44,045 bases of DNA from Nemertoderma westbladi (GCA_032718475.1 JAUCBJ010008656.1:1-44045), one strand, 5' to 3'. Counted from the first letter of the stretch, positions 24,037 to 38,000 are shown. Translations and numbers: made by a program. Notes: generated from the sequence alone by a model not told the origin.

Positions 24037-25740
24037 ATGAAAGATAACAGCGGTCTAGACAACGGAATCAACAACAACGAGGAAATTCCTTCGCTAATCT
24101 CCGACGTCTCGAGTCGTAACTACCGCAATGCGTCGCTAGGGGGCGCGGCAACCGACCCCCGTGTCTCGGTAGACCTCCCAGACGGGCTGACCCGTTGTCT
24201 CAGCTGCGGAATCCTGGGACTCGCTCACAACTTCTACAATAAATCCCGCGTATTCTGCTCGATGAGTTGCCAGCGGGTCTGGCTGGCCGAGGGAGTCTAC
24301 GCTTCTTCTAACGGCAAAACTAACTCCAACCCCAAATACAATAGTACCGGTAGCGTTAGTAATTGCCGTGTCAACACAACCGTAGAATCGCCTACCGTCG
24401 GACCTTGGCCTTCCTATCTGATTCGGAACATCGGCGTGGTGACATCCGCTCCCGTCACAATCTTCCACCACGCCCCTTTACGCAACGCCTTCCAACACGT
24501 AGAGGAAGGTATGAAACTGGAGGTTATGTACGACGAGAACGAATTCAAGATGGCTTGCTATTGGTTGGTTAGTGTGGTCGCGGTGTTCGGGTACTACGTG
24601 GCGGTGCGGTACGAGGGAGTAACAGAATCCACACACGACTGTTGGGTCCACGCCGCGTCGCAGTGCGTCAAGGGGGTGGGTTGGTGCGCGGCTAACGGGG
24701 TGTCCCTGGTCCCGCCTCTGTGTCTCCGGGGTGCCTCGTTGCCGTGGAAGGAGTTCCTAGCCAAACGTTTAATCGGTTGTAAAACCATCCCGGACGATTT
24801 TAGGAATTATTGTTTGGAGAGGATTAAACCAGGGCTCGTTAAGGGAACTCGTTGTGAGTTTAAGGATAAACGGAAGGCGTTGGTGGCAGGTCGCGTTGAG
24901 TCGGTGCTAGGCCATCGTGTGAAGGTTGTCGCGAGTTGTGGCGACAGCATGTGGGCGCATTACCGGTGTCCGCAGCTGCACCCGGAGGGCTGGGCGCACT
25001 ACGTCGGCTGCGATATAACGGCGGACCCCGAGTACTGCGAGCGGTTCGCGGTTAACTTCTCGTTGCGACGTCCGTTGGGGCATCGCGTACACTGGTCGCA
25101 GTTCCTCGACACCCAGAGCTACGGGACGGACGACGAGCGGGAGGAAGAGGTCCCGATCGGCGTCGGGATGAAACTCGAGTTGGTGGATCCGTTGATGCAG
25201 TCCGCGTTGTGCGTGGCCACGGTTAAACGCGTGCTACGTGGCGGCTTCCTATTGGTTGCCGTGGACAGCGGGAAGGACTCGAGCGAGGACTCCCGCAACT
25301 GGTTCTGTTACCACCGCCACTCCTCCAACATATTCCCTCTGGGATTCTCCGACTTCCACAACATCGAGTTAGTGTTCCCGCGGGACGGACTGGCCCAGAC
25401 TCCGGGTCCGCAGTGGACAGGCTACCTGAACGCGACGGGTTCATCCCCGGTTCCCGTGGCAGCGTTCCGACGCGAGTCGCCCCGTTCCGGCCCGTTCCAC
25501 GTCGGCATGGCCTTGGAGGCGGTCTCCCCTACCGACCCCTCCAGACTGTGTCTCGCCACAGTGAACCGCGTGGTCGGCAGACTGCTCCGTCTGGGACTCA
25601 GCACCAACAACTCAACGACCCGCGAGATTTGGGTGGATTGCGACTCTCTGGATATTTATCCGGCTGGATATTCGGAACTAACCGGTTATCCCATCGTGTC
25701 AGTGAACTCTCGACGTTCTAGTATAATTCAATTGGACTGA
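24037..25740 (+). CDS. MBTD1: FCS zinc finger + four MBT repeat protein (MBTD1/L3MBTL2/Sfmbt family), 567 aa, single coding exon
   Basis: CLSCGILG...FYNKSRVFCSMSC; MBT motifs GMKLEV..YWL..RYEG..VGWC, LHPEGWA, GMKLELVDPL..CVATV..WFCYH..IFPLGF, GMALEAV..WVDCDSLDIYPAGY; in-frame stop just upstream of the ATG; exact orthology not established. Confidence 0.92.
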   Translation: MKDNSGLDNGINNNEEIPSLISDVSSRNYRNASLGGAATDPRVSVDLPDGLTRCLSCGILGLAHNFYNKSRVFCSMSCQRVWLAEGVYASSNGKTNSNPKYNSTGSVSNCRVNTTVESPTVGPWPSYLIRNIGVVTSAPVTIFHHAPLRNAFQHVEEGMKLEVMYDENEFKMACYWLVSVVAVFGYYVAVRYEGVTESTHDCWVHAASQCVKGVGWCAANGVSLVPPLCLRGASLPWKEFLAKRLIGCKTIPDDFRNYCLERIKPGLVKGTRCEFKDKRKALVAGRVESVLGHRVKVVASCGDSMWAHYRCPQLHPEGWAHYVGCDITADPEYCERFAVNFSLRRPLGHRVHWSQFLDTQSYGTDDEREEEVPIGVGMKLELVDPLMQSALCVATVKRVLRGGFLLVAVDSGKDSSEDSRNWFCYHRHSSNIFPLGFSDFHNIELVFPRDGLAQTPGPQWTGYLNATGSSPVPVAAFRRESPRSGPFHVGMALEAVSPTDPSRLCLATVNRVVGRLLRLGLSTNNSTTREIWVDCDSLDIYPAGYSELTGYPIVSVNSRRSSIIQLD

Positions 25741-26348
25741 TTTACTTTATTTCCTGTTTTTTTTTATTCACGGTTGTTTATATTATATAAAGTTTTATTG
25801 GTCTCCGTCCAATAGCGTACTAAACTAATTTATTATCTTGCAAGACATTTTTTTCCTATTAGTTTTATGGCGGTGGACTAACACTGACTGATTATGATAA
25901 AATGTGTGGCACTCTGAAATTGTAATTGTAATTTCCACTCCATTATACAATAGCTTGATACGTTGGTGGTGTCGCAGCTGGGTTGAAATCCTGTGAGAGT
26001 TACAATTGGAGACGCCCTTTCATATTTGAACTTATTGTATGTGTAATTATAATGTGGCGGCTGAGCTTTAGTTGTAAGCTGAATATAAAAAATACGAGGC
26101 GATTCATGATGTGAGTTTGCGATCCTATATTTCATTGTATCCGTACAAAAATTTTAAATGTGAGAAGTTAGTATAGGAAATACAGTTTATTTAATCAATA
26201 AATCAAAATGTTGGTGATTGTCCTCCGGACATCTTTCGATGATATTGGGTATCAAACACCCACACCCACATTTACATTAACGTATTTCAAATTGATTGAT
26301 TTTACGGGATTTTATTTTCCGAGACTTACATATTACAATACCTAACTA

Positions 26349-28508
26349 CACCACGTCCTGGAATATAGTGCCGTTATTCAGGTACCCGCCCCCCCCCCCC
26401 CCAAATTTTTTTTACAAATCTTAATGAGATTGCATGAAATTTGAAACAGAGTTAGTTTCACCTCCCGACCACTGACTGGGTGAGCCAGAATTTTTAATTT
26501 TACTTTCATTCTTTAGCTACAAGCGTTTGAAAAGGTGTACTATGGTTGCGAAACCTGGATTTGCTCGTCTTATAAACCACTTGAAGCACAATACATACGC
26601 GTAATCAAGTCGCTATTAGGAGTTCGCACACAAACAAATAATGATGCTTGTCTCATCGAATCAGGATTTCCCAGTTTGTCTGCCATGATTCATGAGAAAC
26701 AGCGAGTATGGTTACTGAAGAAAATGGGTTCATGGGATGTCACAGATCAATTTTACATTGCGTTCAGCGCTGGGTCGAGAATAAACTCTCCTATGGTTCG
26801 CGCAGTCAATCGTTTAATCGGCTCTAATCGAAACTACATTACTGAGGATTTCGTTGCTCGTCAGCAGCGAATTCGTCAGCTGGCACCGTCGCACACAAAG
26901 CTACGAACCTACCTGGAGATCAACCCAACGCTTACACCGTTCAGTTGTTACAACCTCAATCTAAACAAAAGTCTATTCGAGGAGCATCGTCTCGCCTTAA
27001 CGCGATTCAGAGTTTCGGCTCATCGCTTGCGCGTCGAAACAGGGAGGTGGAGTAGAATTGATCGGAAACAACGAACCTGTTGTTGTGGTTCAGGCGACGT
27101 GCAAGATGAGAAACATGTTTTGTTCCATTGTAAATTAACAGAACATCTGCATATTGACGGCGAACATAGCGATTTGCATGGAATCATGGAACACGATTCG
27201 GATTATCGAACTCTAGCAAAAAGGGTCTACGATACACTAACGGTGTACAATTGATTACTACGTCTTCTATTAATTTTAGTAATACAATTATTCTAACAAA
27301 TGTTTCTTCCTGTGAAATAAAATAAATTTATTTTCTTACTTGTGTAGTGAATTTGAATTTGTAATTATTATTTTGCTTAGTCCGATATTTTCACATTCTT
27401 TTAAGGACTTATGATTACGTCGGGAAATTTATTTGTGCTATAACTTTAAGTCTATAATTATATATATATATATATTACAAGTTCACTACCAGTAACAGTG
27501 TTTGCCATAACACTGCAATGTTACAAAATTTGTAACTCATAACTGCAAACATAATCCTTATTCCTTACATTTTTATTTTCTCGAGCTTGGTTTCTCCTTA
27601 TTTATGATTGACCAGTGTCTAAATACATAAATATACCCCTACATGTTAATTCATTATTGTTGCTATGTAAAAAATCTGTCGTTAAGATAAATAGTGTTCT
27701 AGAAAAAATTGCTCAATGCGGACTATGTGAAATATAACATAATTTCAAATGGTTTATACAAGTTAACACTTTCAGCAAAAAAAACTGCAGTCATACCCAA
27801 TTTGAACGGTAGTCGGTACTGTCTACTTGACTAATTGGAAAGCTGACCGTGCAAGGATTCCAAATATGTAAAAAATATTTGAATTTGGTTGGGAAATAGC
27901 TGAGTTATTGGCATTATCGAATTTTGCATGTATTGGCTTCCATTGCGGGCCATTTATTCTATTAATAAATACACAATGTTCTAGAACATTTTGTTTATCT
28001 CATAAGTAGCTTGGCAACAATGCAATGCCTGCATGATAATACTAGTATATGGATATTCATACAGAATCAAAATGTTCTAGACAGGACATTTGGAACATTT
28101 TTCTAGAACATTGTGTATTTATTTAATAGAATAAATGGCCTGCAGTGGAAGCAAATACATGCAAAATTCGAATGCCAATAATATTCTATTAATATGCTAT
28201 TTCCCAACCAATATTTTTACATATTTGGAATCCTTGCACGGTCAGCTTTCCAATAGTACCAACAAATCACTAAATGTTTGAAGAATAACTGCGGTGTAAC
28301 TGGTGCAATATCGACGGAGACACCTTTTTCAAACGCTTGTAGCTAAAGAATGAAAGTAAAATTAAAAATTCTGGCTCACCCAGTCAGTGGTCGGGAGGTG
28401 AAACTATCTCTGTTTCAAATTTCATGTAATCTCATTAAGATTTGTAAAAAAAATTGTGGGGGGGGGGGCAGGTACCTGAATAACGACACTATATTGAAGG
28501 ACATGGTG
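26349..28508. mobile_element. TA-flanked fold-back MITE related to 19572-20376, carrying a LINE fragment
   Basis: TA|CACCACGTCC...(C)n...AAAAGGTGT (26349-26538) mirrored at 28320-28508; inner inverted pair ~27835-27990 and ~28100-28252. Confidence 0.88.
26538..27330 (+). mobile_element. 3' fragment of a non-LTR retrotransposon (RTEX-like C-terminal zinc knuckle)
   Basis: YGCETW, LLGVR, LTRFRVSAHRLRVETGRW...TC.C...VQDEKHVLFHC; AATAAA-rich end near 27320. Confidence 0.82.
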
Positions 28509-28921
28509 TAGAGGAGAGCGTAAAACTATTTATTTTACAAAGAAAGTTTATCTTCTCCGAAGTTAAAGTAAAAGCATACGTTTAAAGCATGCTGCTAAAG
28601 CATGCTGCTAAAGCATGCTGCTAAAGCATGCTTTTACTATTGACACTTTTTATTACTATTACTATTTAGTTTATTTTTATTTTACTATTGACACCCACTT
28701 ACTCTTTTTCGTGCGCTTGCTGTAGCTAAAGATTGAAATTGAAATTGTAAATATTTAATGAGCAAACATGGCGACTGAATAACCAAGCCCAACCCCTTAC
28801 TGCCCAACCCCTTACTGCCACCATATTGACGCAAAGTAACTAGTCATAATGCTCTCGATATTAATTATATTATAATACCCTGTTTTTACCCACAAAATGT
28901 TTTTATTATGACAATATTTGT

Positions 28922-29090
28922 TTAACGTGAGAGCCAACCCAACTGATCCAGATTCACATTGCCTCCACACAAGACTACACCAATAGAAGCACCTGGGTCT
29001 ACGATATCCGAGAGTTTGTTGTCGAGAAGTAAAGCGACGCTGACACCGGCACTGGGTTCTATTGTCAGTTTCATCACCTCCCAGACCAAC
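28922..29090 (-). CDS. SRR: Racemase exon 5 (with stop)
   Basis: cag| then LVWEVMKLTIEPSAGVSVALLLDNKLSDIVDPGASIGVVLCGGNVNLDQLGWLSR*. Confidence 0.9.
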
Positions 29091-32000
29091 CTGATAGATA
29101 AATGAGAATAACAGTAAATTGCAACAGATTATTCTGTAACAGAAAAGTTCCTAAATATTTTCCAAATGACGAAACGCAACTAATGAATATACTTATTTAT
29201 TTTACTCAATAAAATGAAGTAAATGTGTTTGTTTACCTCGTCGCGTATTTAATTTCATCTTCTGATACGGTGACCACGTGATCTACAAGATCTCTTATGA
29301 TTGGCCAGGTTGTCTGAGTTATGTTAGAGCGCAAGGCGTCAGCTATTGTATCCGGGTCTTTAGTTATCGGCATTAACCTGTTAGTGGAGAAGATTCGTTT
29401 ACGTCATATAAGCTCAAGACAGGTAGGTCTACATAAGTTTGTGTGAGAGGAGGCGGTTGATAATAATATTATTTACTCAACTATTAATATTATTATGTCA
29501 CCTTTTCGCTCACCTGTTGTTTAATTTCGACTGACTGCAGTCATCACCCAAGGCCGGTTCCGCTGCGACTATCTTTATTGTTGGTTTGATCTGCTTTGCG
29601 GCTACCGCTATTCCTGATATCAAACTACCACCGGCTACCGAAGCTATGATCACGTCTAAGTTTGGTACCTATAAAGATAATTTATAACACATCCAAGGAT
29701 TCATTCAAACCTATCTTCCTTGTAGTAGGCCTACCCGTAAATGATCCCGGGACATCCAAGGATTCATTCAAACCTATCTTCCTTGTAGTAGGCCTACCCG
29801 TAGATGATCCCGGGACATCCAAGGATTCATTCAAACCTATCTTCCTTGTAGTAGGCCTACCCGTAAATGATCCCGGGACATCCAAGGATTCATTCAAACC
29901 TATCTTCCTTGTAGTATGCCTACCCGTAGATGATCCCGGGACATCCAAGGATTCATTCAAACCTATCTTCCTTGTAGTATTCATAGATGATCCCGGGACA
30001 TCCAAGGATTCATTCAAACCTATCTTCCTTGTAGTAGGCCTACCCGTAGATGATCCCGGGACATCCAAGGATTCATTCAAACCTATCTTCCTTGTAGTAT
30101 GCCTACCCGTAGATGATCCCGGGACATCCAAGGATTCATTCAAACCTATCTTCCATGTAGTATCCGTAGATGATCCCGGGACATCCAAGGATTCATTCAA
30201 ACCTATCTTCCTTGTTGTAGGCCTACCCGTAGATGATCCCGGGACATCCAAGGATTCATTCAAACCTATCTTCCTTGTAGTATTCATAGATGATCCCAGG
30301 ACATCCAAGGATTCATTCAAACCTATCTTCCTTGTAGTACCCGTAGATGATCCCAGGACATCCAAGGATTCATTCAAACCTATCTTCCTTGTAGTACCCG
30401 TAGATGATCCCGGGACATCCAAGGATTCATTCAAACCTATCTTCCTTGTTGTAGGCCTACCCGTAGATGATCCCGGGACATCCAAGGATTCATTCAAACC
30501 TATCTTCCATGTAGTATCCGTAGATGATCCCGGGACATCCAAGGATTCATTCAAACCTATCTTTCTTATAGTACCCGTAGACGATCCCGGGACATCCAAG
30601 GATTGATTCAAACCTATCTTCCTTGTAGTATTCATAGATGATCCCAGGACATCCAAGGATTCATTCAAACCTATCTTCCTTGTAGTACCCGTAGATGATC
30701 CCGGGACATCCAAGGATTCATTCAAACCTATATTCCTTGTAGTATTCATAGATGATCCCGGGACATCCAAGGATTCATTCAAACCTATCTTCCTTGTAGT
30801 AGGCCTACCCGTGGATGATCCCGGGACATCCAAGGATTCATTCAAACCTATCTTCCTTGTAGTACCCATAGATGATCCCAGGACATCCAAGGATTCATTC
30901 AAACCTATCTTCCTTGTAGTATTCATAGATGATCCCGGGACATCCAAGGATTCATTCAAAGCTATATTCCTTGTAGTAGGCCTACCCGTAGATGATCCCG
31001 GGACATCCAAGGATTCATTCAAACCTATCTTCCTTGTAGTACCCATAGATGATCCCAGGACATCCAAGGATTCATTCAAACCTATCTTCCTTGTAGTATT
31101 CATAGATGATCCCAGGACATCCAAGGATTCATTCAAAGCTATATTCCTTGTAGTAGGCCTACCCGTAGATGATCCCGGGACATCCAAGGATTCATTCAAA
31201 CCTATCTTCCTTGTAGTAGGCCTACCCGTAGATGATCCCGGGACATCCAAGGATTCATTCAAACCTATCTTCCTTGTAGTAGGCCTACCCGTAGATGATC
31301 CCGGGACATCCAAGGATTCATTCAAACCTATCTTCCTTGTAGTATTCATAGATGATCCCGGGACATCCAAGGATTCATTCAAACCTATCTTCCTTGTAGT
31401 ATGCCTACCCGTAGATGATCCCGGGACATCCAAGGATTCATTCAAACCTATCTTCCTTGTAGTATTCATAGATGATCCGGGACATCCAAGGATTCATCCA
31501 AACATATCTCCCTTGTAGTAGGCCTACCCGTAGATGATCCCAGTTCATCCAAGGATTCATTCAGACCTATCTTCCTTGTAGTATTCATAGATGATCCCGG
31601 GACATCCAAGGATTCATTCAAACCTATCTCCCTTGTAGTAGGCCTACCCGTAGATGATCCCGGGACATCCAAGGATTCATTCAAACCTATCTTCCTTGTA
31701 GTAGGCCTACCCGTAGATGATCCTGGGACATCCAAGGATTCATTCAAACCTATCTTCCTTGTAGTATCCATAGATGATCCCGGGACATCCAAGGATTCAT
31801 TCAAACCTATCTTCCATGTAGTATCCGTAGATGATCCCGGGACATCCAAGGATTCATTCAAACCTATCTTCCTTGTAGTAGGCCTACCCGTAGATGATCC
31901 CGGGACATCCAAGGATTCATTCAAACCTATCTTCCTTGTAGTATCCATAGATGATCCCGGGACATCCAAGGATTCATTCAAACCTATCTTCCATGTAGTA

Positions 32001-35000
32001 TCCATAGATGATCCCGGGACATCCAAGGATTCATTCAAACCTATCTTCCTTGTAGTAGGCCTACCCGTAGATGATCCCGGGACATCCAAGGATTCATTCA
32101 AACCTATCTTCCTTGTAGTATCCATAGATGATCCCGGGACATCCAAGGATTCATTCAAACCTATCTTCCTTGTAGTAGGCCTACCCGTAGATGATCCCGG
32201 GACATCCAAGGATTCATTCAAACCTATCTTCCTTGTAGTATCCATAGATGATCCCGGGACATCCAAGGATTCATTCAAACCTATCTTCCTTGTAGTAGGC
32301 CTACCCGTAGATGATCCTGGGACATCCAAGGATTCATTCAAACCTATCTTCCTTGTAGTATCCATAGATGATCCCGGGACATCCAAGGATTCATTCAAAC
32401 CTATCTTCCATGTAGTATCCGTAGATGATCCCGGGACATCCAAGGATTCATTCAAACCTATCTTCCTTGTAGTAGGCCTACCCGTAGATGATCCCGGGAC
32501 ATCCAAGGATTCATTCAAACCTATCTTCCTTGTAGTATCCATAGATGATCCCGGGACATCCAAGGATTCATTCAAACCTATCTTCCATGTAGTATCCATA
32601 GATGATCCCGGGACATCCAAGGATTCATTCAAACCTATCTTCCTTGTAGTAGGCCTACCCGTAGATGATCCCGGGACATCCAAGGATTCATTCAAACCTA
32701 TCTTCCTTGTAGTATCCATAGATGATCCCGGGACATCCAAGGATTCATTCAAACCTATCTTCCTTGTAGTAGGCCTACCCGTAGATGATCCCGGGACATC
32801 CAAGGATTCATTCAAACCTATCTTCCTTGTAGTATCCATAGATGATCCCGGGACATCCAAGGATTCATTCAAACCTATCTTCCATGTAGTATCCATAGAT
32901 GATCCCGGGACATCCAAGGATTCATTCAAACCTATCTTCCTTGTAGTATTCATAGATGATCCCGGGACATCCAAGGATTCATTCAAACCTATCTTCCTTG
33001 TAGTAGGCCTACCCGTAGATGATCCCGGGACATCCAAGGATTCATTCAAACCTATCTTCCTTGTAGTATCCATAGATGATCCCGGGACATCCAAGGATTC
33101 ATTCAAACCTATCTTCCTTGTAGTATCCATAGATGATCCCGGGACATCCAAGGATTCATTCAAACCTATATTCCTTGTAGTAGGCCTACCCGTAGATGAT
33201 CCCGGGACATCCAAGGATTCATTCAAACCTATCTTCCTTGTAGTAGGCCTACCCGTAGATGATCCCGGGACATCCAAGGATTCATTCAAACCTATCTTCC
33301 TTGTAGTAGGCCTACCCGTAGATGATCCCGGGACATCCAAGGATTCATTCAAACCTATCTCCCTTGTAGTAGGCCTACCCGTAGATGATCCCGGGACATC
33401 CAAGGATTCATTCAAACCTATCTTCCTTGTAGTATGCCTACCCGTAGATGAACCCGGGACATCCAAGGATTCATTCAAACCTATCTTCCTTGTAGTATCC
33501 ATAGATGATCCCGGGACATCCAAGGATTCATTCAAACCTATCTTCCTTGTAGTAGGCCTACCCGTAGATGATCCCGGGACATCCAAGGATTCATTCAAAC
33601 CTATCTTCCTTGTAATATCCATAGATTTTCCCGGGACATCCAAGGATTCATTACCACCTCACTTTCTACCCTTAGACTGTGAGGTGCACATCCAGCTTTT
33701 TAACCATTTTTTATATTTATTCAATTATTAATTTCATCATATGATTAGTTTTGTTTGTTATATCGCCATTGTATTACTCATCCAATTTATTTGAAGTTAA
33801 AAATACCGGTACGTTATTTTACTGTAATATTTATAAGTTTCTTTTTGTCCATCTATGTCGTTGTAGGCTCTTAGCCTGAATATATTATATCTTCTTAATC
33901 TCAAATTCACCCATCCCATAGAGATAGTAATTTTAATAAAGTTGATATTGTTGAATGGTGTCAATTATTATAATTATGGGGTATTACAGTCCTCCCAGAG
34001 TTTCCTTTTTTCCATTTTTTTTCCTCATCTTCCTTTTTTCCTTTTTTTTCCACCTCTTCCTTTTTTCCTTTTGTTTTTTTTCTTTTTTCATCTTCCTGAG
34101 TTAAATGAAGATAAAAGGAGTTAAATGTCCTTTTTTAATTTTTTTGAGCTAAATCGACATTAGATTTGATTTTTTCTTTAAAAATGATGGTTTTTACAAA
34201 ATTACTGACCGACACTACAACTGTTCTGGAATTTTGCTTTACTACCGGACATGTACGTACTGTGGTACATATACAGTAGTGAGTGTTTACTGTATTGTAA
34301 TAGGCCCAGATTGTATGTGAAATTGGGTACCAGAATAACAGTGGAATCTGTCTCCTGCGGATACTGTCTGGGGTGGGGATATTTATTTATTTATTTTATT
34401 TTTGGGGTTGAGCTTTGAGAGGAGATGGCTGTAGCAGCGGGAGCTAGTGTAGCCAGCAGCTCCTTTTTGTTTTTGTTTTCTTTTTGTTATAACTTGGTTT
34501 TCTGATTTAAAGTAGAGAAATGGGGGGTCGAATCCGCTAGTGCACTCTGTCCGCAGATCCAGTCCCCCCTTTAAATTTTCATTTTATACTGTAGTACATA
34601 AACAGACTGTGTTAAAATGCAGTACCAGTTGTAGCATACTGTATTTTTACAAACCCCATACAGTCTCGGCACTGGCAATGTAATTAAAACAGAATTAAGA
34701 ACCAATCAGAGATCAGCAGTTGTGATAAGGAACACAAATTTGTGTTTTATCAATTTCTATCGCATTTGGTCAGGTCTAAATTTGTAAACTCATCTGACTT
34801 GGTACTGTAGAAACACAAATTTTTGTTTTATGTGAATGTACGCGAACTGGTGAGAAAAAATCGATTGACGTTCTCCGAGTTGGTAAGAACACAAATATGT
34901 ATTTACCTGAGCTGCTATCCACTTGGTTCTGACGCTTTTTTGTGTTTTAGACTGTTCGCGGCGGAACTACTGAACTGAGTAATCTGATGATGAACTGAAA

Positions 35001-38000
35001 TATGTGAAATACTGTCTGACTGTATCTGCATTCTAATTCTATTGAGAACAATAGTCTACGCCGCTCAACTATGTTCTATTTTGGTTGATCGCTAATTCTG
35101 TCTGCATGGGCTGATGGAAAAGGTTTAAAGACAGTGGTTGTGTCATCTTGCATTTTATTGGAAATGTAGTAATTACCGGTTGCCGGTACCATAGGCGAAT
35201 GAATATGACTAAACTAAAGTATCTAAATATTATACTGCCGGACTGGATATTGAATCTGAATATTATCTAAAGTAAAGATCTACTAAGGCTGCAATGTCTG
35301 GATGTAAAAGAAAGGGCTGAATTCTGAATGAAGGAGTACTGAAGTAGGAAAGCGGAAAAGGCAGAAAAAGTAATAACCAAATTTGTGGGAAAAAATGTTG
35401 TGATTGAAATAGAATACAAAAATGAATCGGAAAGTCTGATAGTTGAGCTTTATATATACAGTACGGTCTGAATCTGAATGCTGATTGGTTACTCTATTCT
35501 GAGACATACTGTACAGTATGTCGAATAAATATATTTATTGAATATGGCATTTCGCCGATGACAGTCCCCCCTACAATTTATGGCGAACATTTTCGCAATA
35601 AATTGGATTGAACTACGTGGCGAAATGTTACGACATGTTTATTTTAATTCTGCAGGGATATAAAACTTGTACTTTTCCTATTAAGTCGGCTCTTACAGCT
35701 ACAACTGACACCTTCAGAAAACTACCATTTACATATACATATATAAGTCGTCCACATGCTCAAGCATACCATCCTTTGAGCTTATGCTCATCCGATCAGA
35801 GACTTGCTGAGGACTTTCAAAGTTAACTGTCAGAATGTTGGTCTTTCTGGAGTTAATAAAAAGACCAACACTAGAAGCAGCATTTTCTAATGAGCTGAGG
35901 AGCCGTTGGGCTCCCTCTAATGATTCTGAGAGTACGTCCTAAGTCATCAGCAAAGTCTAGATCAGTTAGGTACTTGGCAGGATTTCCTCGACTTCTGGAG
36001 CCAGTAGGTGGAGTTATCATCACCCCATCATCATTATGATGATCTAAGGACATGCGTAGAACATAGTCAACCACAATAATGAACAAGAATGGTGCAAGTG
36101 TGTCTCCTTGGAGGACGCCCCATAACACTTCAAATGGTTCTGTGTCACCGTCAACAGTAGACACAAATGTTGTCGAACCATCGTATACTGATCTGATTGC
36201 TGCAATAATTTCATCAGGAATCCCATATAATGAAAGTATGCTGAACATACGTGAGCGAGAGACTGAATCAAAGGCCTTGAAGAAGTCAACAAAGATAACT
36301 GCCAGGCCTGTCTTTCTTTTTTGATAATTCTTCAATTATCCTTCTAAGTGCCAAAATGGGCTCCATGGTTCCACGACCTTTGCGGAACCCATTCTGATTT
36401 CCACGGAGCAGTCTCTCAATGGGATCCCTGATGCGATTTAATAGAATCCTATTGTATAGCTTTGCAGCAATCGAGATCAATGAGATTCCCCGAAAAGAAC
36501 CATAGAGTGTTAGGTTGCCCTTCTTGGGAACTGGCACCAACTTATTTGTTTTCATTGTTGTTCGGTACATGTCTACTATGATGGGATAGATGAGCTTTAA
36601 ACACTCAGGTATTTTAAAGACCTCAGGGCAGGGGGAACACCATCTACTCCACTGGCACGATTGGTCTTAATGCTCTTTGCAGCAGCCTTCACTTCTGCAA
36701 AGGAGATATCGCCAATGGGAATATCTGGGAGTACAGACTCAGACACTTTTACTTCTATAAAGTTATCAGGCAATACCCTGTCATTATTGAGGAGCTTTTC
36801 AAAGTGGGCTTTCCAACCATTGAGGCGATCGGCTGGTGATTCAGCCTTAACCTTGGTGGTTGGTTGGCTTTTCCGCCCAGTAAGCAGATTGATCGATTTC
36901 CATGCCTGGGATGATTGCCTGCTGTCGTCAGCATCATTGATGGCATCAACCTGTTGGTTTATTAGCTCCTGTAGATTAACAGAGTACTGCCTGTTTAGGG
37001 ACCTAGATGCAGCCTTAACTGCATTCTTGGCCGCTGTAGTCTGTTTGAGTCGGGACTCTTTCTGCGCCTTATGAAGGTCATTTCGGCACTTCTGAATTTT
37101 GTTGTCAGTCCAGGGGGCCCTTTTCCTGTTTCGAGGGTATACAGGAACTGTTTCTGCAGCTGCTAACTTAACTGCTTCTGGGAAGGCAGTATAGCCCTCA
37201 CAGTGATCTGCCGCCTCAGAGGCAAGAGCCTCATACCTGTTGCTCAGCTGTAGTGTAAAGCTGGATCTCACACTTGGCTGTTGCAACAGATAGGACCAGT
37301 CATGCCGCGGCAAGGCAGATTTCGTTGTTCTGCTAGCACGCAGACTAAGTCTTACCTTGGCCAGTCCGTCCGTAATATCATTTAACTCATTTATATATAG
37401 ATGCGGTGCAATTTTGGTGACGGTATATAATACCTGCGCGAGTCTATCGATCTACTTAGGCTGCATATCAAATTTCTTTTTCAACATTATTTTTCCTTTT
37501 TCAATATTTTTCTTTTTGATTTGTTTTGATTTCTGCCCTTTCAAAAAAAATTCATATTGGTCTTATTTTAGCTTATTTTAGTACTGATTGGTACCTCTAA
37601 AAAAAAATAAAAAAAAAATCGAAAATATAAAATTCAAATTATATACTATATACTATATATAACTATATGTGTGAGTAAATTCACACTAATAAAATAAATT
37701 AAAAATAATATAAAAGTAATGGTTCTCCCCTTAGTCCTTTCGTATGGTTTTAATCCATACTTTTAATTGTACGTCGTCCTATATGTGCCCTTTGTATGTC
37801 CACATCCGTCGTCTGTATGGTTTTAATCCATACTTTTAATTGTACGTCCTATATGTGCCCTTTGTACGTCCTATATGTGCCCTTTGTACGTCCAGTCAAT
37901 TAAATATGATTCAATTTGTAATAATACACACCCTAATTAAATAAAAATTATAATATATCCCTACAGAATTAAAATAAATTAAAATAAACATGTAACATTT

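Noticed and set aside
29662-33643. CRISPR array or large repeat proteins
   Set aside because: No unique spacers or cas genes, eukaryotic intron context; ORFs follow from unit lengths divisible by 3.
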